Below, piece after piece: positions 25,383 to 26,495 of a stretch of DNA of 26,495 bases. The number at the start of each line of letters is the position of its first letter. Within the stretch, counting starts at the first letter, position 1. The position numbers were made by a program, and so were the translations under genes. Source of the DNA: Planctomycetota bacterium (GTDB lineage: Bacteria; Planctomycetota; Planctomycetia; Isosphaerales; Isosphaeraceae); the NCBI GenBank assembly GCA_021818605.1, contig JAKAUH010000797.1, positions 1 to 26,495 of the forward strand, read 5' to 3'. The notes beneath the pieces were generated by a model. It was not told the DNA's origin. It saw only the letters and a list, made by a program, of their open reading frames with translations, and did not search any database.

Positions 25383-26495
25383 TCAGGTGACGGTCGTTCG
25401 TGTCGCGGCGTGTTCGCGCCAGCTTCCGGACGCCAGGATCTCGCCGATCGCCTCGACGGCCTGGTCGAGCTCGTCGTCGCGATTGTAGAAGTGGGGCGAC
25501 AGGCGGATGCCGGCTTTTGGCCGGTAGTCGCACAGGATCTCCCGGGCCTTGAGGCTCCGCGCGACCTCGTAGCCGTTGGGGACGTCGATCGCGACCGTTC
25601 CGCCACGGCGCTCGGGGTCGCGCGGCGTGGTGCAGCGATAGCCCAACTCGTCGGCCCGCTGGAGCAGGCGGTCGGTCTGATGGAGCGACTTCGCCCGGAT
25701 CGCTTCGACGCCGACCTCGCGGATGATTTCCAGGCCAGGGCGGGCCGCGTACAGCGCGGGGATGCTCGGCGTTCCGTGCAGCAGGCGCCAGGCGTCGTCC
25801 CGACGCTCCAGCCGGGGCTGGAAGGCGAACGGTTCCCGGTGTGCCATCCAGCCGGTCAGCCTGGGCTCGAGTCGGCCGCGAAGCTGCGGATCGGCCCACA
25901 GGAACGCCGCGCCGGGGCCGCCGCAGAGCCATTTCAGGCAGCCGCCGATGTAGATATCCACGCCCAGCGCCCGGACGTCCACCGGGATCGTGCCCACCGC
26001 CTGGTAGCCGTCGATGATGGTGATCGCCCCGACCTCGCGGGCCCGCGCGGCGATCGGGGCGACGTCGTGGATGTAGGCGGAGCGGAACAGGACATGCGAC
26101 AGGGAGACGACCGCGGTACGCTCGTCGATGGCCTCGATCAACCGGCCGGTGTCGACGGTGATCCCGTCGCGCGAGGGTACGATCGCGACCGCGGCTCCGT
26201 CTCGCTGTCTCTCCTGGAGCAGGTAAAGGATCGACGGGAAGTGCATCGCATCGGTGACGATCCGGTTTCGGCCGGGAGGAAAGTCGATCGCGCTGAGGCC
26301 AACCGCGTGGGAGATCGTGACATTGGGCTGGAACACGACCTCGCCGGGACCGGCGCCGATCAGCGGGGCGAGCAGGTCGCCCATGTCGGTGGTCAGCGTC
26401 CACCAGCCCTCTTCCCACGCGCGAACGCCGCGCGTGGCCCAGGTCTCGTGATAGGACTGGAGACTCGCACCCGCCGAGTCCGGCACTGCGCCGAG
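25383..26495 (-). CDS. Class V PLP-dependent enzyme, kynureninase-like, 5'-truncated
   Basis: GVRAWEEGWW, IGA...EVV...N.T, FPS..Y, SHVLFRS, DGYQAVG, GGCLKWLCGGPG (PLP lysine) and IRLSPHFYN motifs. The frame is open to the window edge. Confidence 0.8.
   Translation of the reverse strand, partial: LGAVPDSAGASLQSYHETWATRGVRAWEEGWWTLTTDMGDLLAPLIGAGPGEVVFQPNVTISHAVGLSAIDFPPGRNRIVTDAMHFPSILYLLQERQRDGAAVAIVPSRDGITVDTGRLIEAIDERTAVVSLSHVLFRSAYIHDVAPIAARAREVGAITIIDGYQAVGTIPVDVRALGVDIYIGGCLKWLCGGPGAAFLWADPQLRGRLEPRLTGWMAHREPFAFQPRLERRDDAWRLLHGTPSIPALYAARPGLEIIREVGVEAIRAKSLHQTDRLLQRADELGYRCTTPRDPERRGGTVAIDVPNGYEVARSLKAREILCDYRPKAGIRLSPHFYNRDDELDQAVEAIGEILASGSWREHAATRTTVT

Overview
GC-rich chromosomal window, most likely from a planctomycete (inference from Uma2/DUF4058 paralogs, a DUF6797-type cytochrome/cupredoxin fusion and a Hanks kinase-TPR protein). 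From left to right: a 5'-truncated modular glycoside hydrolase with CBM2; an FCY1-like deaminase; a MaoC dehydratase; a minus-strand run of PAC2-family protein, TIGR03960-like B12 radical SAM, two tandem Uma2 genes, a GT-C-like membrane protein and a YfhO-family protein; a membrane Ser/Thr kinase-TPR converging on a TPR-GT9-like glycosyltransferase; a 1340-aa secreted TIM-barrel/heme c/beta-propeller/cupredoxin fusion; DUF4058; asnB; a PP2C phosphatase cut off mid-domain; an HNH endonuclease; and a 5'-truncated kynureninase-like PLP enzyme. The least explained part is 23830-25300. There the phosphatase breaks off into a lower-GC segment with palindromes, a GATC-dense repeat, a possible RNA pseudoknot and the HNH gene, bracketed by an 11-bp inverted repeat. 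I recognised no rRNA, tRNA, CRISPR array or transposase. All family assignments come from motif recognition, not from database searches.
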